64,000 nucleotides of DNA. It comes from Thermoplasmatales archaeon. Its GTDB lineage: Archaea; Thermoplasmatota; Thermoplasmata; Thermoplasmatales; Thermoplasmataceae. Position 1 is the first letter of the stretch. Each line of letters opens with the position of its first letter. The notes below the pieces were generated by a model, which had not been told where the DNA came from, ran no database searches, and worked only from the letters and a program-made list of their open reading frames with translations. This document shows, in pieces, positions 19,410-29,539 of this stretch. The stretch covers positions 1 through 64,000 of the forward strand of contig DAIDBH010000008.1 of assembly GCA_027310185.1 (NCBI GenBank), in the 5' to 3' direction. A program made the position numbers and the translations under genes.

Positions 19410-21101
19410 TCATTTTTCATTCTTATCCTCAATACTATTTTTCTTCCTAAAAGGTTCTCTCAGGTATGATATCAGGGCACCTATGAGAGTTATTGTCAAA
19501 GCTACATAGAATACCTTTCTAAGAGAAGACATGAAGGCTGGGGCAAAGATACCTGGAAACCATTTTGTCGCGGAGATTACAGAAAGAGCAGATGGAGAAA
19601 TTTGCGACGAAATATGAAGCAGCGTTACAATTTCATCTATTGGATTAATGCCAAGCAATGCACTGAAAATGGCATCCGTGGGCGGAAGTGATGAAAGTGA
19701 TTTTGCAACTGATGAATTTACACCAGCAGTTGTGAGTCCGGTAAATAGTGTGTGCGGGAGGACAGCCGTCATTGCCACTATAAGTATCGTGAAAAAAATT
19801 CCCATGCTTGCGGTTGATCCTACGTTTCTCAAAGTTGAAAACATCCCTGAAGCTACTCCCCTATCTTCAGGCGGAACAGAAGACATTAATGCTGATGCAT
19901 TTGGTGCGTTGAACATACCGTAACCTGCACCGAAAACAAATAGCAAAGCTGCCATTTCTGCGTACAGAAAATTCGCACTTATGGTGGTGAGCAAGAATAT
20001 GGCAGATGCTGCCATTAGCAGCCCAATAGTTGCTATGCCCCTTGAACCGTGCTTATCAGATAGCCTGCCCCCCACAGGGCCAAATATTGCCATTCCAACT
20101 GTCATTGGCAACATGAATATTCCCGCCCAGAAAGGAACGCTGCTATACGAATAACCATGCAGAGGAAGCCATATCCCCTGCAATAGAAGAATGATCATAA
20201 ACATCATTCCCATCATGCCCATCCCTGTGATCATAGAAGCAAAACTGCCAAGTGCAAATCCACGTATCTTGAACAGGCCTAACCTGAACATAGGCTGTTT
20301 CACCTTTCTTTCAATAAATGGAAAGGCTATGAGCATACCAGTTCCAATAACTAATGCAGCTACAACCCATGGATTTCCCCATCCCATTGAACTAGTTTTG
20401 TATGGAACAAGTCCGTAGGTTACACCTAGAAGGAGTATTACAAGCCCGATGCCAAATGTCAAATTTCCAGTCACATCAAGCTTCTGTACTCTTCCAGGAG
20501 AAGTCTCCTTCAATTTTAAGTATGACCATACTGTTCCAAGGATTCCCACAGGCACACTAATAAGAAATACGTACCTCCAGTTTATCACAGAAAGAACACC
20601 TCCGAGTACGATACCAAGGCTCATTCCTGCGGTAGCTGCAATTTGATTTATGCCCAGTGCAAACCCTCTTTCCTTCTTGGAAAAGTTGTCTGTTATTATT
20701 GCGTTCGAATTTGCCATCAGGAATGCTCCTCCTACAGCCTGAAATATCCTGAATACAATCAGCTCCAATGCTCCGAGGTCTCCCTTACTGGGTGTGAGGA
20801 AAAGCAGTATTGAACCGACAGTGAATATTGCAAATCCTAAATTGAAAAGTTTTACTCTGCCATACATGTCCGAGAGTCTTCCAATTGTAACAAGAATCAC
20901 AGCGGTAACTATCATGTAACCCATCAGAATCCATAGTAGATAGGCAAAAGCTCCCTGCGATAGTGGATTGAGATCTATTCCTTTGAATATGGACGGAAGT
21001 GCAATGAGAAGAATACTTGAGTTTATTGCTGCCATAAGCACACCCATAGTGGTGTTTGAAAGGGCAACCCATTTCTCTTGAATCATATGTATCGTCATCA
21101 T
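19410..21101 (-). CDS. MFS drug:H+ antiporter (DHA2, 14-TMS type)
   Basis: GRLSDMYGR, RIFQAVGGAF, WRYVFLISVPVG, GRLSDKHG. Confidence 0.92.
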   Translation of the reverse strand: MMTIHMIQEKWVALSNTTMGVLMAAINSSILLIALPSIFKGIDLNPLSQGAFAYLLWILMGYMIVTAVILVTIGRLSDMYGRVKLFNLGFAIFTVGSILLFLTPSKGDLGALELIVFRIFQAVGGAFLMANSNAIITDNFSKKERGFALGINQIAATAGMSLGIVLGGVLSVINWRYVFLISVPVGILGTVWSYLKLKETSPGRVQKLDVTGNLTFGIGLVILLLGVTYGLVPYKTSSMGWGNPWVVAALVIGTGMLIAFPFIERKVKQPMFRLGLFKIRGFALGSFASMITGMGMMGMMFMIILLLQGIWLPLHGYSYSSVPFWAGIFMLPMTVGMAIFGPVGGRLSDKHGSRGIATIGLLMAASAIFLLTTISANFLYAEMAALLFVFGAGYGMFNAPNASALMSSVPPEDRGVASGMFSTLRNVGSTASMGIFFTILIVAMTAVLPHTLFTGLTTAGVNSSVAKSLSSLPPTDAIFSALLGINPIDEIVTLLHISSQISPSALSVISATKWFPGIFAPAFMSSLRKVFYVALTITLIGALISYLREPFRKKNSIEDKNEK

Positions 21102-21186
21102 ATATTAACTGGAGCCATAAGGAAATCGTCGAGTATACTCTATATTCTATGAGAAAGATTATTAAAGCACTTGCTTTAATGAAATT

Positions 21187-21867
21187 ATGCAAAAGGTGGT
21201 CATCGAAATTGAAAAAAGTAGCAAGACCCTGAACGCAGAACCAAATGGTGCAATAGAGATTGCTTCAATGATGCAAAATGTTGAATTTTTCAGGGTAATT
21301 TATTTTCTCAGGCAAACGGCTGATGAGTTTTCGATTATTATACAGGTGAAATTTTTGGAGGAGAGTCATGGTGTCGAGGATCTTCCGTTCCTGAATTTCC
21401 CATGGATTAACGTTCAGATTCTTGATTTCAATTCTTTAAATGAAATTTATACAATATTTGTAAAAGGCAATCCACCCATGAATTCCACCGAAACAGATAA
21501 GACCAATACTAAACTCGAAATTTTTCCTTTATCGATTGACATCATCAACGGTAAATACCTCCTTACTTTCCTAACCAATTTAGAAGATATATCAAAATTC
21601 ATTGAGGCCAGAAAGAGTGAGGGGTTTGATTTAAGAGTCTTATCTGTGACAAAGGGAAAACTGCCAATAGGTTCACCACTGGATAGCCTTACGGGTAGGC
21701 AACTCATGGTCCTTAAGGAATCTTACTATTCCGGCTATTACGATATTCCACGAAAGATAAATTCTGATCAGGTAGCAAAAAAACTCGGAATTGTAAACTC
21801 AACATTTGTTACGAGCATTAGAAGAGCAGAGAAGCACATAATGGACGAGCTATTTAAAGGCCATTAA
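21187..21867 (+). CDS. Bat/HTH_10-type transcriptional regulator, divergent from the MFS
   Basis: LTGRQ..L..SY.SGYYDIPRKI...VAKKLGI...T....IRRAE. Confidence 0.85.
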   Translation: MQKVVIEIEKSSKTLNAEPNGAIEIASMMQNVEFFRVIYFLRQTADEFSIIIQVKFLEESHGVEDLPFLNFPWINVQILDFNSLNEIYTIFVKGNPPMNSTETDKTNTKLEIFPLSIDIINGKYLLTFLTNLEDISKFIEARKSEGFDLRVLSVTKGKLPIGSPLDSLTGRQLMVLKESYYSGYYDIPRKINSDQVAKKLGIVNSTFVTSIRRAEKHIMDELFKGH

Positions 21868-21976
21868 TACTGAGAAAACAACAACCTAAATATTCCTTCT
21901 ATTTTAGTGCTGAGGAGACTATAAAAAACGTAGGTATCTTGAATAAATCTATGAGATTGAAATTAAGGATAAAAAC

Positions 21977-22015
21977 AATGGACAGGTTGGAATTTGATTA
22001 ATGTTTAATTCAGGT
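21977..22015. repeat. att-like copy plus arm
   Basis: aatggacaggttggaatttga matches the core at 18/21, followed by ttaatgtttaa. Confidence 0.85.
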
Positions 22016-22025
22016 ATTGCTTTTA

Positions 22026-22340
22026 TTAGTTTAAATTCCTTAATTTTTTTAGTATCACGCTATAAATTTCTCTTTGTTTCTCAGAACTCAGTCTTGTGAT
22101 AATCTTGGAGATCGTATTTTCTGAAACAGTAAAGATGTAATTCAACCTGATTACACTATCTTTTACTGCTCCTTCTGATTTTAGGAATGGGATTCCATCC
22201 ATATTTTTGTTACTTGTTATTCCTGCTATTATGACATTTCCAAGTTCTTCAAACAGTACCACTGCAGGTCTGGTTTTAATTTCAAAAGTGTCGGTGAATT
22301 GAGCTTTAGCTATTACAACATCCCCTGGATTAAATTTCAT
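22026..22340 (-). CDS. PemK/MazF-family toxin
   Basis: PGDVVIA..FTD...KTRPAVVL, ITS, KDSVIRL. Confidence 0.88.
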   Translation of the reverse strand: MKFNPGDVVIAKAQFTDTFEIKTRPAVVLFEELGNVIIAGITSNKNMDGIPFLKSEGAVKDSVIRLNYIFTVSENTISKIITRLSSEKQREIYSVILKKLRNLN

Positions 22341-22563
22341 CCCACGCCTCATCTTCTTTGTTGTCCCAGAGCTCTTTCATTTTATGTTTCTGTGCTTCGT
22401 GTAGAAACTTGTCGTATTGATCCATAGTAGCATTTTTTGTCTCGTTCTCAATCATCCTTTCTATGGTTTCCTCATACGTTTCTCTCGGGTACCTCTTGAT
22501 TTTTTTTAGTTTTGATACTAAATCTTTTCTTAGTTGTATCGTTGTGAAATCTTGTTTTTTCAT
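22330..22563 (-). CDS. Antitoxin (TTIQL..RETY family)
   Basis: Overlaps the toxin start; acidic C-terminus ELWDNKEDEAWD. Confidence 0.8.
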   Translation of the reverse strand: MKKQDFTTIQLRKDLVSKLKKIKRYPRETYEETIERMIENETKNATMDQYDKFLHEAQKHKMKELWDNKEDEAWDEI

Positions 22564-22740
22564 TATATATCACTTATAGCTATTTATAGACTATCTATAG
22601 TGAATATACAACAATTTTGTCTGTCAAAAACTATTGCAAAATTCATTAAATGTCTCATTTCTATCATTATGAAAAAGCAATTAGTCTGATGGAGTTAGTA
22701 TTGTTGTTAACCCTTAAGATTAGAATGATGTTCGAATAAT

Positions 22741-22780
22741 TATAGACCGGTCGGGACTTAATTAATGTTTTAAGCGAATA
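22741..22780. repeat. att-like copy plus arm
   Basis: tatagaccggtcgggacttaa (17/21) followed by ttaatgttttaagcgaata. Confidence 0.88.
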
Positions 22781-23054
22781 TGACCTTCAATCAACAAATG
22801 TATAGATTCTGCGTAATTAAGCGAAAACTAAGTTTCAGGCGATAATTTCATATATTATTATGTATTATAAAATTACAAGGATTCGCAAAAACAAAGATAT
22901 AGATATGTGAGTCTAGAAGTAATGAAAGGTCAGAAAAATGATGGGATGGAATAGTGGATCTGATTGAGGAGTTGGATTGAGTAAAGAACATAGTTACCGC
23001 CACAAATTATGTATTAGAAATGAACTCGCATAATAATGAAACAGGGGATGGTTT

Positions 23055-23297
23055 TTGAATATGAATCGTTTGGAATTTAATGTCTGTAAGAATTGTGGAC
23101 ATTCGGTGGTTAATTTCAATTCCAAATGGTTGCATCACATCTCAAGAAGTAAACTCTTAGGTTTCCCACACTGGCCCTCTGGACATGTAATTACTTTGGA
23201 TTGTAAGTGGGAATGCAAGTGCAATATTCCTGAACCGGATCAGACTAAGCCTTCGAAAACTAAGCTGGTATATCTGGGTAAAAGGACAGACAGGTAG
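23055..23297 (+). CDS. Small Cys/His-rich putative metal-binding protein
   Basis: CKNCGH..HH..CKWECKC..PEP; the only ORF of note between two att copies. Confidence 0.55.
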   Translation: MNMNRLEFNVCKNCGHSVVNFNSKWLHHISRSKLLGFPHWPSGHVITLDCKWECKCNIPEPDQTKPSKTKLVYLGKRTDR

Positions 23298-23358
23298 GAC
23301 ATTTCATCCAGAAATTTGTTCTTATTTGGGGTGCCAATGTGTATTGATAATTTATGTC

Positions 23359-23380
23359 TAATGGACCGGTCGGGATTTGA
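23359..23380. repeat. Perfect 22-bp copy of the tRNA-Ala 3' end (att)
   Basis: taatggaccggtcgggatttga identical to 36510-36531. Confidence 0.95.
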
Positions 23381-23523
23381 TTAAAACATTGAGCGATACT
23401 TTTGCTATAATTGAAAAATAGGGAAATCTCCATTATCTCACAATGATTAAACATTACTCGACACCGATGTCTAAATGGGCTGAAAGACAATAATTATATT
23501 GTGGTTATACATTCGTTATACAA

Positions 23524-23775
23524 TTGATATACATGGATTACACAACTATACAAATTAGCCGATCTACTAGAGAGAAATTGAATGAACTAAGAGCACACAA
23601 AAGAATGACATACGATGAGCTGCTGAATGCACTCATGTCACTAATCCCTGAGGGCGACGAGGAGGGAGTTTACACTGAGGATTTCAGGGCTTCTCTACTT
23701 AGAGGGCTCTTAGATGTTAAAGAGAAAAGGACCCACACCACGGAAGAAGTCAAGAAGCAGTTGGGAATCCAGTGA
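23524..23775 (+). CDS. Antitoxin (TTIQI..TY family)
   Basis: YTTIQISRSTREKL..RMTYDELL; GTGA overlap with the toxin. Confidence 0.82.
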   Translation: MIYMDYTTIQISRSTREKLNELRAHKRMTYDELLNALMSLIPEGDEEGVYTEDFRASLLRGLLDVKEKRTHTTEEVKKQLGIQ

Positions 23776-24026
23776 CAGACTTTGAGGTTGAATATTCATA
23801 CGAATCTCTTTTCCAGCTTAGGAGCCTAGACGTTCCTGTAGCCAAAAGGATTATCCGGAAAATAGAAAGCACAAGAAGCGATCCACACAGGTTCTTTGTG
23901 AGGTTAGTAGGGAGGGTTGAGTACAAGTTACGAGTTGGGGATTACAGAGTGATCGTGGACATAGATGAGAATAGAAGAGTGATAGTCGTCAGATCACTGG
24001 GCCATAGAAAGAACGTCTACAAGTGA
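23772..24026 (+). CDS. relE: RelE/ParE-family toxin
   Basis: YKLRVGDYRVI, GHRKNVY. Confidence 0.9.
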   Translation: MTDFEVEYSYESLFQLRSLDVPVAKRIIRKIESTRSDPHRFFVRLVGRVEYKLRVGDYRVIVDIDENRRVIVVRSLGHRKNVYK

Positions 24027-24167
24027 CCAACTTCATTTCCTAGGTCGCGTTTTTATTACGAAAGTAAATCACGGTCAGAATGGCCCAGTTTGAGTCATAT
24101 GAAAGATTTACTCGTATAGTTTTCTTGAATCAAATAGGGTCTCAAAACATAAGCGTACTTATTATAT

Positions 24168-24647
24168 ATGCGCATATCATATGGTTATTGTGGTATAATG
24201 ACCTGGGAATTTGAACACAGTATCGTAACCAGCGCAAAGAAACAGATAATATGGGAGCTTTATAGCAGAGTAGAATCCTGGACAATATGGGATCATGGAA
24301 TTGAAAGTGTATCCCTTGAAGGAGAATTCAAAGAAGGAGTTAATGGGAAAATCAAGTCAGAAGGACAGGAATTATTAAGCTATAAGATTACTCTTGCCAA
24401 CCCAGATAAGGGTTTCTCTGATGAAACTGTAATTGATAATTTGGGAGCAAAGATAGAGTTTATTCATACTTTTTCAAGTTTGCCAGATGGAAAGACTCAG
24501 CTAACCAACCATATAATAGTTAACTGTCCTGATAAAGAGGAGATGGAAAAGGAGATAGGAAATGGTATATCTTCTGGAGTGCCTAAAACAATGGAGAATG
24601 TTGCAAGAACGGCTGTTTTCATTGAAAAAATATGCAAATTACGGTGA
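24168..24647 (+). CDS. SRPBCC/polyketide-cyclase-like protein
   Basis: WEFEHSI..IWELYS.VESW..WD, FSDET, FIHT. Confidence 0.7.
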   Translation: MRISYGYCGIMTWEFEHSIVTSAKKQIIWELYSRVESWTIWDHGIESVSLEGEFKEGVNGKIKSEGQELLSYKITLANPDKGFSDETVIDNLGAKIEFIHTFSSLPDGKTQLTNHIIVNCPDKEEMEKEIGNGISSGVPKTMENVARTAVFIEKICKLR

Positions 24648-25117
24648 GGTTCAGGCTTATGCCATCACCAAATAAGATCCCTACAAAATTTGAGAAACCT
24701 GACGAAAGCCCGGGTTTTCTACTCTGGCAGACTATGAATCTCTGGCAAAGAAAAATGAGAGCAGCCTTAAGAGAATCGGGACTGACCCATGTACAGTTTG
24801 TACTCTTGGTCTCCACTTTATGGTTGAATGACCATGGGGTGGAAACCACGCAGGTAATGATTGCAAGGTTTGCGCATGCTGATGTTATGATGACATCACA
24901 AGTTTTGCGTTCTCTTGAAGAAAAGGACCTGGTTCTGCGGTTAAAAAACCCAGGTGACACTAGGTCTCATCTAATATCCCCGACAGAAAAAGGGAGAAAT
25001 CTGATTAGAAAATCTATAAAAGTCGTTGAGGATACTGATGGTGCTTTCTTTGCCATATTGGACAATAATATAAGTGAATTCATTGACATGCTTAGAAAAC
25101 TGATTTCTTCTAATTGA
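24632..25117 (+). CDS. MarR-family regulator
   Basis: SPGFLLWQ, LTHVQFVLL, MTSQVLRSLE.K.LV.R, DTRS, TEKG. Confidence 0.9.
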   Translation: MQITVRFRLMPSPNKIPTKFEKPDESPGFLLWQTMNLWQRKMRAALRESGLTHVQFVLLVSTLWLNDHGVETTQVMIARFAHADVMMTSQVLRSLEEKDLVLRLKNPGDTRSHLISPTEKGRNLIRKSIKVVEDTDGAFFAILDNNISEFIDMLRKLISSN

Positions 25118-25321
25118 ATTTCAGGATCATCTAATAGTGCCGCGAGTAAATCGCCTTTGCCATTATTTCCTATGTGTGGTATAGATTGCAGCCCCGGGTA
25201 GATTTACATCAGTCAGGGATTAATTCTCCAAACAAAAAACTGAAGTCACAGCTGCTAGTGATTCAAGTATAAGGTATGAAAGAGGTATTTTGATACTATT
25301 CACAAATTTTTTAATATATGG

Positions 25322-25360
25322 AATGGACCGGTCGGGATTTGATTAATGTTTTAAGGGAAT
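25322..25360. repeat. Distal att of the tRNA-proximal element (21-bp perfect core plus arm)
   Basis: aatggaccggtcgggatttga identical to 36511-36531, followed by ttaatgttttaagggaata. Confidence 0.95.
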
Positions 25361-25570
25361 ACTAACGCTGACTACTTTATAAGAAAAAGAATGGAAAAGA
25401 TATAGCTTACAGTAATACTATATAAGGCGCCTAAAGATTTTTACCTCGTTAGTCTATAAATGAGATAAATGAAAGTGAATAAAAGGTGAACTAATCTAAG
25501 ATTTCCTAATGATGAAATTCATCGTTTGGGGGTTTAAATTGCAAATAGTAGATGGGAGGATAACAAACCT

Positions 25571-26323
25571 ATGTCTGGTTTAGAGGATATATTGGTCAAA
25601 ATAGACGATCAAGAGTACAAGGAGTTTAGAGAATATTATGTCAACAGTAGAAAGCTTGATAGAGAAGCTGTAGAGAGTGGTATCTCAATCCTAAGTAGAG
25701 ATATCAATGAAAAGACACGATTATTGGAGAAAGCTAAGAATGAATTAGATAAAACTATAATTTCGACCTTTGGAGAGGCTTGTGTTAGTTACCATTTGGA
25801 GAAAAAATTAGGAATAATCCTGACGCGTGCAGGCTGGAAAGATAGTCCATTTACTATATCTCAAGGAGTAGACCTAGTAGGAGGAAGCATTTCTGATCTT
25901 TCCAACGTTTCAATCATTTACGTTGAAGTGAAGACTCGTAGAAATTCTTCCTACAGATACCAGACGTTGAAAGACCTTAAGAATCAGCTGACATTAAATC
26001 GCATTGAAGGGAAGTTTAACCTCTCAACTGGCGATTATTCTTACATTGGGATCACTTCTAGGCTCCTTAAGCACATAAGGGAGAATAATATAATCTCACA
26101 GTCCATTGTGAATATTAGAAGAGACTATTTTGACAGACTTGGCGCTGTGGTTGCGGAAAAAAGCAGTCCTTGGCAGTCAATAATAACACAAGCTCATCCT
26201 GGGGACTGCTCTTCAAATAGACCTTGTTATTTATTGCTACTGATATTAGCAGAGCTTGAAACCAGATTTAAAGAGCTATTAGCTATTGAAACCTTTGTTG
26301 ATGAGCATACGGGTGCACCATAA
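25571..26323 (+). CDS. hamA: Hachiman HamA-like nuclease (DUF1837-like)
   Basis: FGEACV..HL, QGVDLVG, YVEVKT; abuts a Ski2-like helicase. Confidence 0.72.
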   Translation: MSGLEDILVKIDDQEYKEFREYYVNSRKLDREAVESGISILSRDINEKTRLLEKAKNELDKTIISTFGEACVSYHLEKKLGIILTRAGWKDSPFTISQGVDLVGGSISDLSNVSIIYVEVKTRRNSSYRYQTLKDLKNQLTLNRIEGKFNLSTGDYSYIGITSRLLKHIRENNIISQSIVNIRRDYFDRLGAVVAEKSSPWQSIITQAHPGDCSSNRPCYLLLLILAELETRFKELLAIETFVDEHTGAP

Positions 26324-29300
26324 ATGTTTGAAAGAACACGAGCCCTTATAGAATCACTCCAGAAAAATTATGCCTTAGGCAGTATGCCAAATGCCCAAAG
26401 ACTACATAAGGATCTGATACAGAGGGCATTGGAACTTTTCATTGAATCAGATATGAAATTCAATAATAGCTCCGGATTAACCGATGAATGGACAGAAATT
26501 GGTACTGAAGGCGCATCTGCAATCTTAAAGTCTGTTGAATTAGCCAATAGATACGATTCAAACGAACAGGTGACAACTAAGATCAACCGAACTTATTTAC
26601 TAAATCTAGCTGCGATGGAATATTATCGATGTGGTAGACATGGAATTGCGGCTGCAATTATTTCTAGACCTGATGCAAAGTTACCCAACAAGGTTGAATC
26701 CTCACCAACCTATACGATAGTAATGTTGCTTCAACTATTTTTTACTTCTAAATACCAGGAAGCTTCGAGATTGAGTAAAGATTACATAGACCAGGTAAAA
26801 CGAAATATTCTTAAAAATACCCAGGAAAAGTCTCATTCCGGATTGAGTGTTATAATTTTACTATCTTTAGTCTTCGTTTACCAGACCTTCATATCGATTG
26901 AACACCAAGTAATTAATGGAGAAAAGAGTGCCGAGGATCCCACATCATTGATGGAAAATTCCATCCAGTTAAGCAAAGACTGTGGGGATCTTGAATATTT
27001 AATGTTCTTGGAGTCGTTGATGAGAACAGTCAAAAGTTTACAATTGTTATCTATCTGGAATATTGGTGAAATACTATGGAAGAATAACCTTCCGCCATTG
27101 TTTAAGGAGTGGGCTAATCATAGAATTCTAGAAAATAAGCCTTTTCTATTCCCTTCACAATATGAAGCAATAATAACACATAATGCGTTGAACAATACGT
27201 ACGAATTAATTACGATGCCTACTGGAGGTGGTAAAACCCTTCTTGCCGAGCTTTTCATCCTAAAATCGCTAATCGATAACCCAAATGGAAAAGTACTTTT
27301 GGTAGTACCTACGCGTTCTTTAGCCTTCGAAGAGAGTTCGGACCTCCGTCGTGCATACGAATGGAAAGGGTCGCCAATTTCTGTTTGTCAGTTGACAGGT
27401 GATGTGGCATTCGATACAAAGAAAGCACTGGAGAACAATAAAGTTATAGTTTTGACTCCAGAAAAATTTGACATCTTGATGCGAAATTCATTCTTTGATT
27501 ATACTGTTGCTGGTTTAGTTGTTGATGAATTTCATGCAATTAGATCATCATACCGGGGAATCAAGATACAGTTATCCATCAAGCGATATTATAAGAGATA
27601 TGGAACGCGAGTTCTCTTTATGAGTGCGATTGTAAGAAATGCTGATTTCAGCTGGCTCAGTAAATGGGTACTTTCACCAGATCCATTCTCAACACAGTGG
27701 AAGCCAACGCCCGCCAGAATAGGAACAGTTTCAATTGACGAGCGCCCTATAGTTACGGTTTCATTCAACGATGGTACTTACAGAGATATCAATATGCCAA
27801 AAGGCTTGAGGCGAAATGCAAGCAACCAAGCTGGAGTGCAAATTGTGAAAACTTTTCTCGAAGAAGAAAAAGATCAAGTATTGCACTATAACATGACATG
27901 GAGAACGTATAAATTTGGTGGTAATAGATTAATAGACCTTGCCGAAGAATATATGCATGCGCTCCCAAACGGTCAGACATTTAATAAGCAAGCCCTCAAA
28001 GAGTTGAGTATCAGATTTTCACGGTTGGCAGGAAAGGAAAATAAGCTGGCGAAGGCCTTCGAAAAGGGCATTGCAGTTCATTGGGGGGAATTGCCTTATG
28101 TTGCAAGAAAAATAGTGGAGAAAGGGATTAGGCAGCGAGCTATAGGTATAATACTTTCAACTTCAACCTTAGCTGAAGGAGTTAATTTACCTATCAAAAC
28201 CGCATATATTCCTAAACTTGCCACAAGAACGAGAAACATGGAGAAAAGTCAATTTCTGAACATAATTGGAAGAGCAGGCAGGCCTTTTTTTCATGCTGAA
28301 GGACAGGTAATAATAGCAATTAATGAGTCTGGAAAAGAAGAGGACCAAACGCCAAAGGAACTTGTCAACGATTACGCGCTGATGAAAAATGAAGATATAG
28401 AACCTATCATAACATCGGCAGTAGAATTTAGTGAAATCCTATGGAAAGCGATCTCAGAATGGAAAATCTGGGAGGAGGGGAAACCCACTCCTGAAGAATC
28501 TTGGGAAGGGACACTTAGCGACGACATAAAAAGAGAGTTTAAAAAATTCTTAGCTTATTTGGAGGCGATTTCGTCAGCTTTGTTAGCGTGTTTAGAGGAA
28601 GGAATTTTGTCAAACATTGATTCAGACTTGATGGACAACCTTATATTTCTCGGTCCTGAAACCAATGAGCAAAAAATAAATGTCAGAAGACTTCTTAATA
28701 TAGTGGAGAAAAGACTCATTTTTTTTGAAACTGTAAATAGGAAAGAAAAGATACTTGTCCTCACTGATTGGGGAAAAATAGTCTATAAAACGGGATTTGG
28801 ACCAGAGACATGTTCCAATCTTAGAAAGCGGTTAAAAGTGATTGCAGAAGACTACAATAGCTTTAAAGTAAAAGGCCAAGAAATAATGAAACCAGATTCT
28901 CGCTCTTATCTTTTTTTTAATGAAATGCTGCATATGTTGAACCTTCCACTCGAACGCTATAACTTTGGAGATGAAAGCTTCGATGACACTGATCATTGGA
29001 TACTAAGAGGTTGGGTATCTGGAGTGCTAACAGAAGATATAGCAAAGAGGAACAAAAAATTGGATGGAGATTTTCTAAGGGCATACACAAAAATTGATGG
29101 CTTTCTTTCAACTTACTCGGCATGGGTTTTCACCGCCTGTTATATAGCTGGAGATTCCCTGTTTGGGAATTCTGAACTCATTCAAAGCATCCACAAACTT
29201 AGCAGATATATTTTGTATGGCCACTATAATGAGGAGATATTAGAACTCCTAGAAAAAGACGTCAATAGAAATCTTCTGAGAGATGATGTTATTGTCCTTT

Positions 29301-29446
29301 ACAAGAATCTTGGAAATTTCAAAGGTTTGTTAGAAGGCAAGTATTCGAAGAACTTTCTCAAGGAAATTTTAGATAGGAGCGATCAAAAAACTAGAATGAT
29401 GGAGGATGAGGTAGTGAGTGCTATTTCTTCGTTGGCAAGCAAATAA
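26324..29446 (+). CDS. hamB: Hachiman HamB-like Ski2/DEAD-DEAH helicase
   Basis: MPTGGGKT, VPTRSL, TPEK, DEFH, MSA, STSTLAEGVNLP, GRAGR, long helical N-terminus. Confidence 0.78.
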   Translation: MFERTRALIESLQKNYALGSMPNAQRLHKDLIQRALELFIESDMKFNNSSGLTDEWTEIGTEGASAILKSVELANRYDSNEQVTTKINRTYLLNLAAMEYYRCGRHGIAAAIISRPDAKLPNKVESSPTYTIVMLLQLFFTSKYQEASRLSKDYIDQVKRNILKNTQEKSHSGLSVIILLSLVFVYQTFISIEHQVINGEKSAEDPTSLMENSIQLSKDCGDLEYLMFLESLMRTVKSLQLLSIWNIGEILWKNNLPPLFKEWANHRILENKPFLFPSQYEAIITHNALNNTYELITMPTGGGKTLLAELFILKSLIDNPNGKVLLVVPTRSLAFEESSDLRRAYEWKGSPISVCQLTGDVAFDTKKALENNKVIVLTPEKFDILMRNSFFDYTVAGLVVDEFHAIRSSYRGIKIQLSIKRYYKRYGTRVLFMSAIVRNADFSWLSKWVLSPDPFSTQWKPTPARIGTVSIDERPIVTVSFNDGTYRDINMPKGLRRNASNQAGVQIVKTFLEEEKDQVLHYNMTWRTYKFGGNRLIDLAEEYMHALPNGQTFNKQALKELSIRFSRLAGKENKLAKAFEKGIAVHWGELPYVARKIVEKGIRQRAIGIILSTSTLAEGVNLPIKTAYIPKLATRTRNMEKSQFLNIIGRAGRPFFHAEGQVIIAINESGKEEDQTPKELVNDYALMKNEDIEPIITSAVEFSEILWKAISEWKIWEEGKPTPEESWEGTLSDDIKREFKKFLAYLEAISSALLACLEEGILSNIDSDLMDNLIFLGPETNEQKINVRRLLNIVEKRLIFFETVNRKEKILVLTDWGKIVYKTGFGPETCSNLRKRLKVIAEDYNSFKVKGQEIMKPDSRSYLFFNEMLHMLNLPLERYNFGDESFDDTDHWILRGWVSGVLTEDIAKRNKKLDGDFLRAYTKIDGFLSTYSAWVFTACYIAGDSLFGNSELIQSIHKLSRYILYGHYNEEILELLEKDVNRNLLRDDVIVLYKNLGNFKGLLEGKYSKNFLKEILDRSDQKTRMMEDEVVSAISSLASK

Positions 29447-29539
29447 TAAATGATAGATTCTATAAATTTTCATATTCCTTTGTGTATAAACAGATTCAGT
29501 GTTTCCGCATGATAGACAAAGATTAGCTATAACTTGAGG

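Noticed and set aside
19311-25360. att-like repeats read as a CRISPR array
   Set aside because: Spacing is 0.6-2.7 kb with genes in between, the repeat is a tRNA end, and no cas genes are present.
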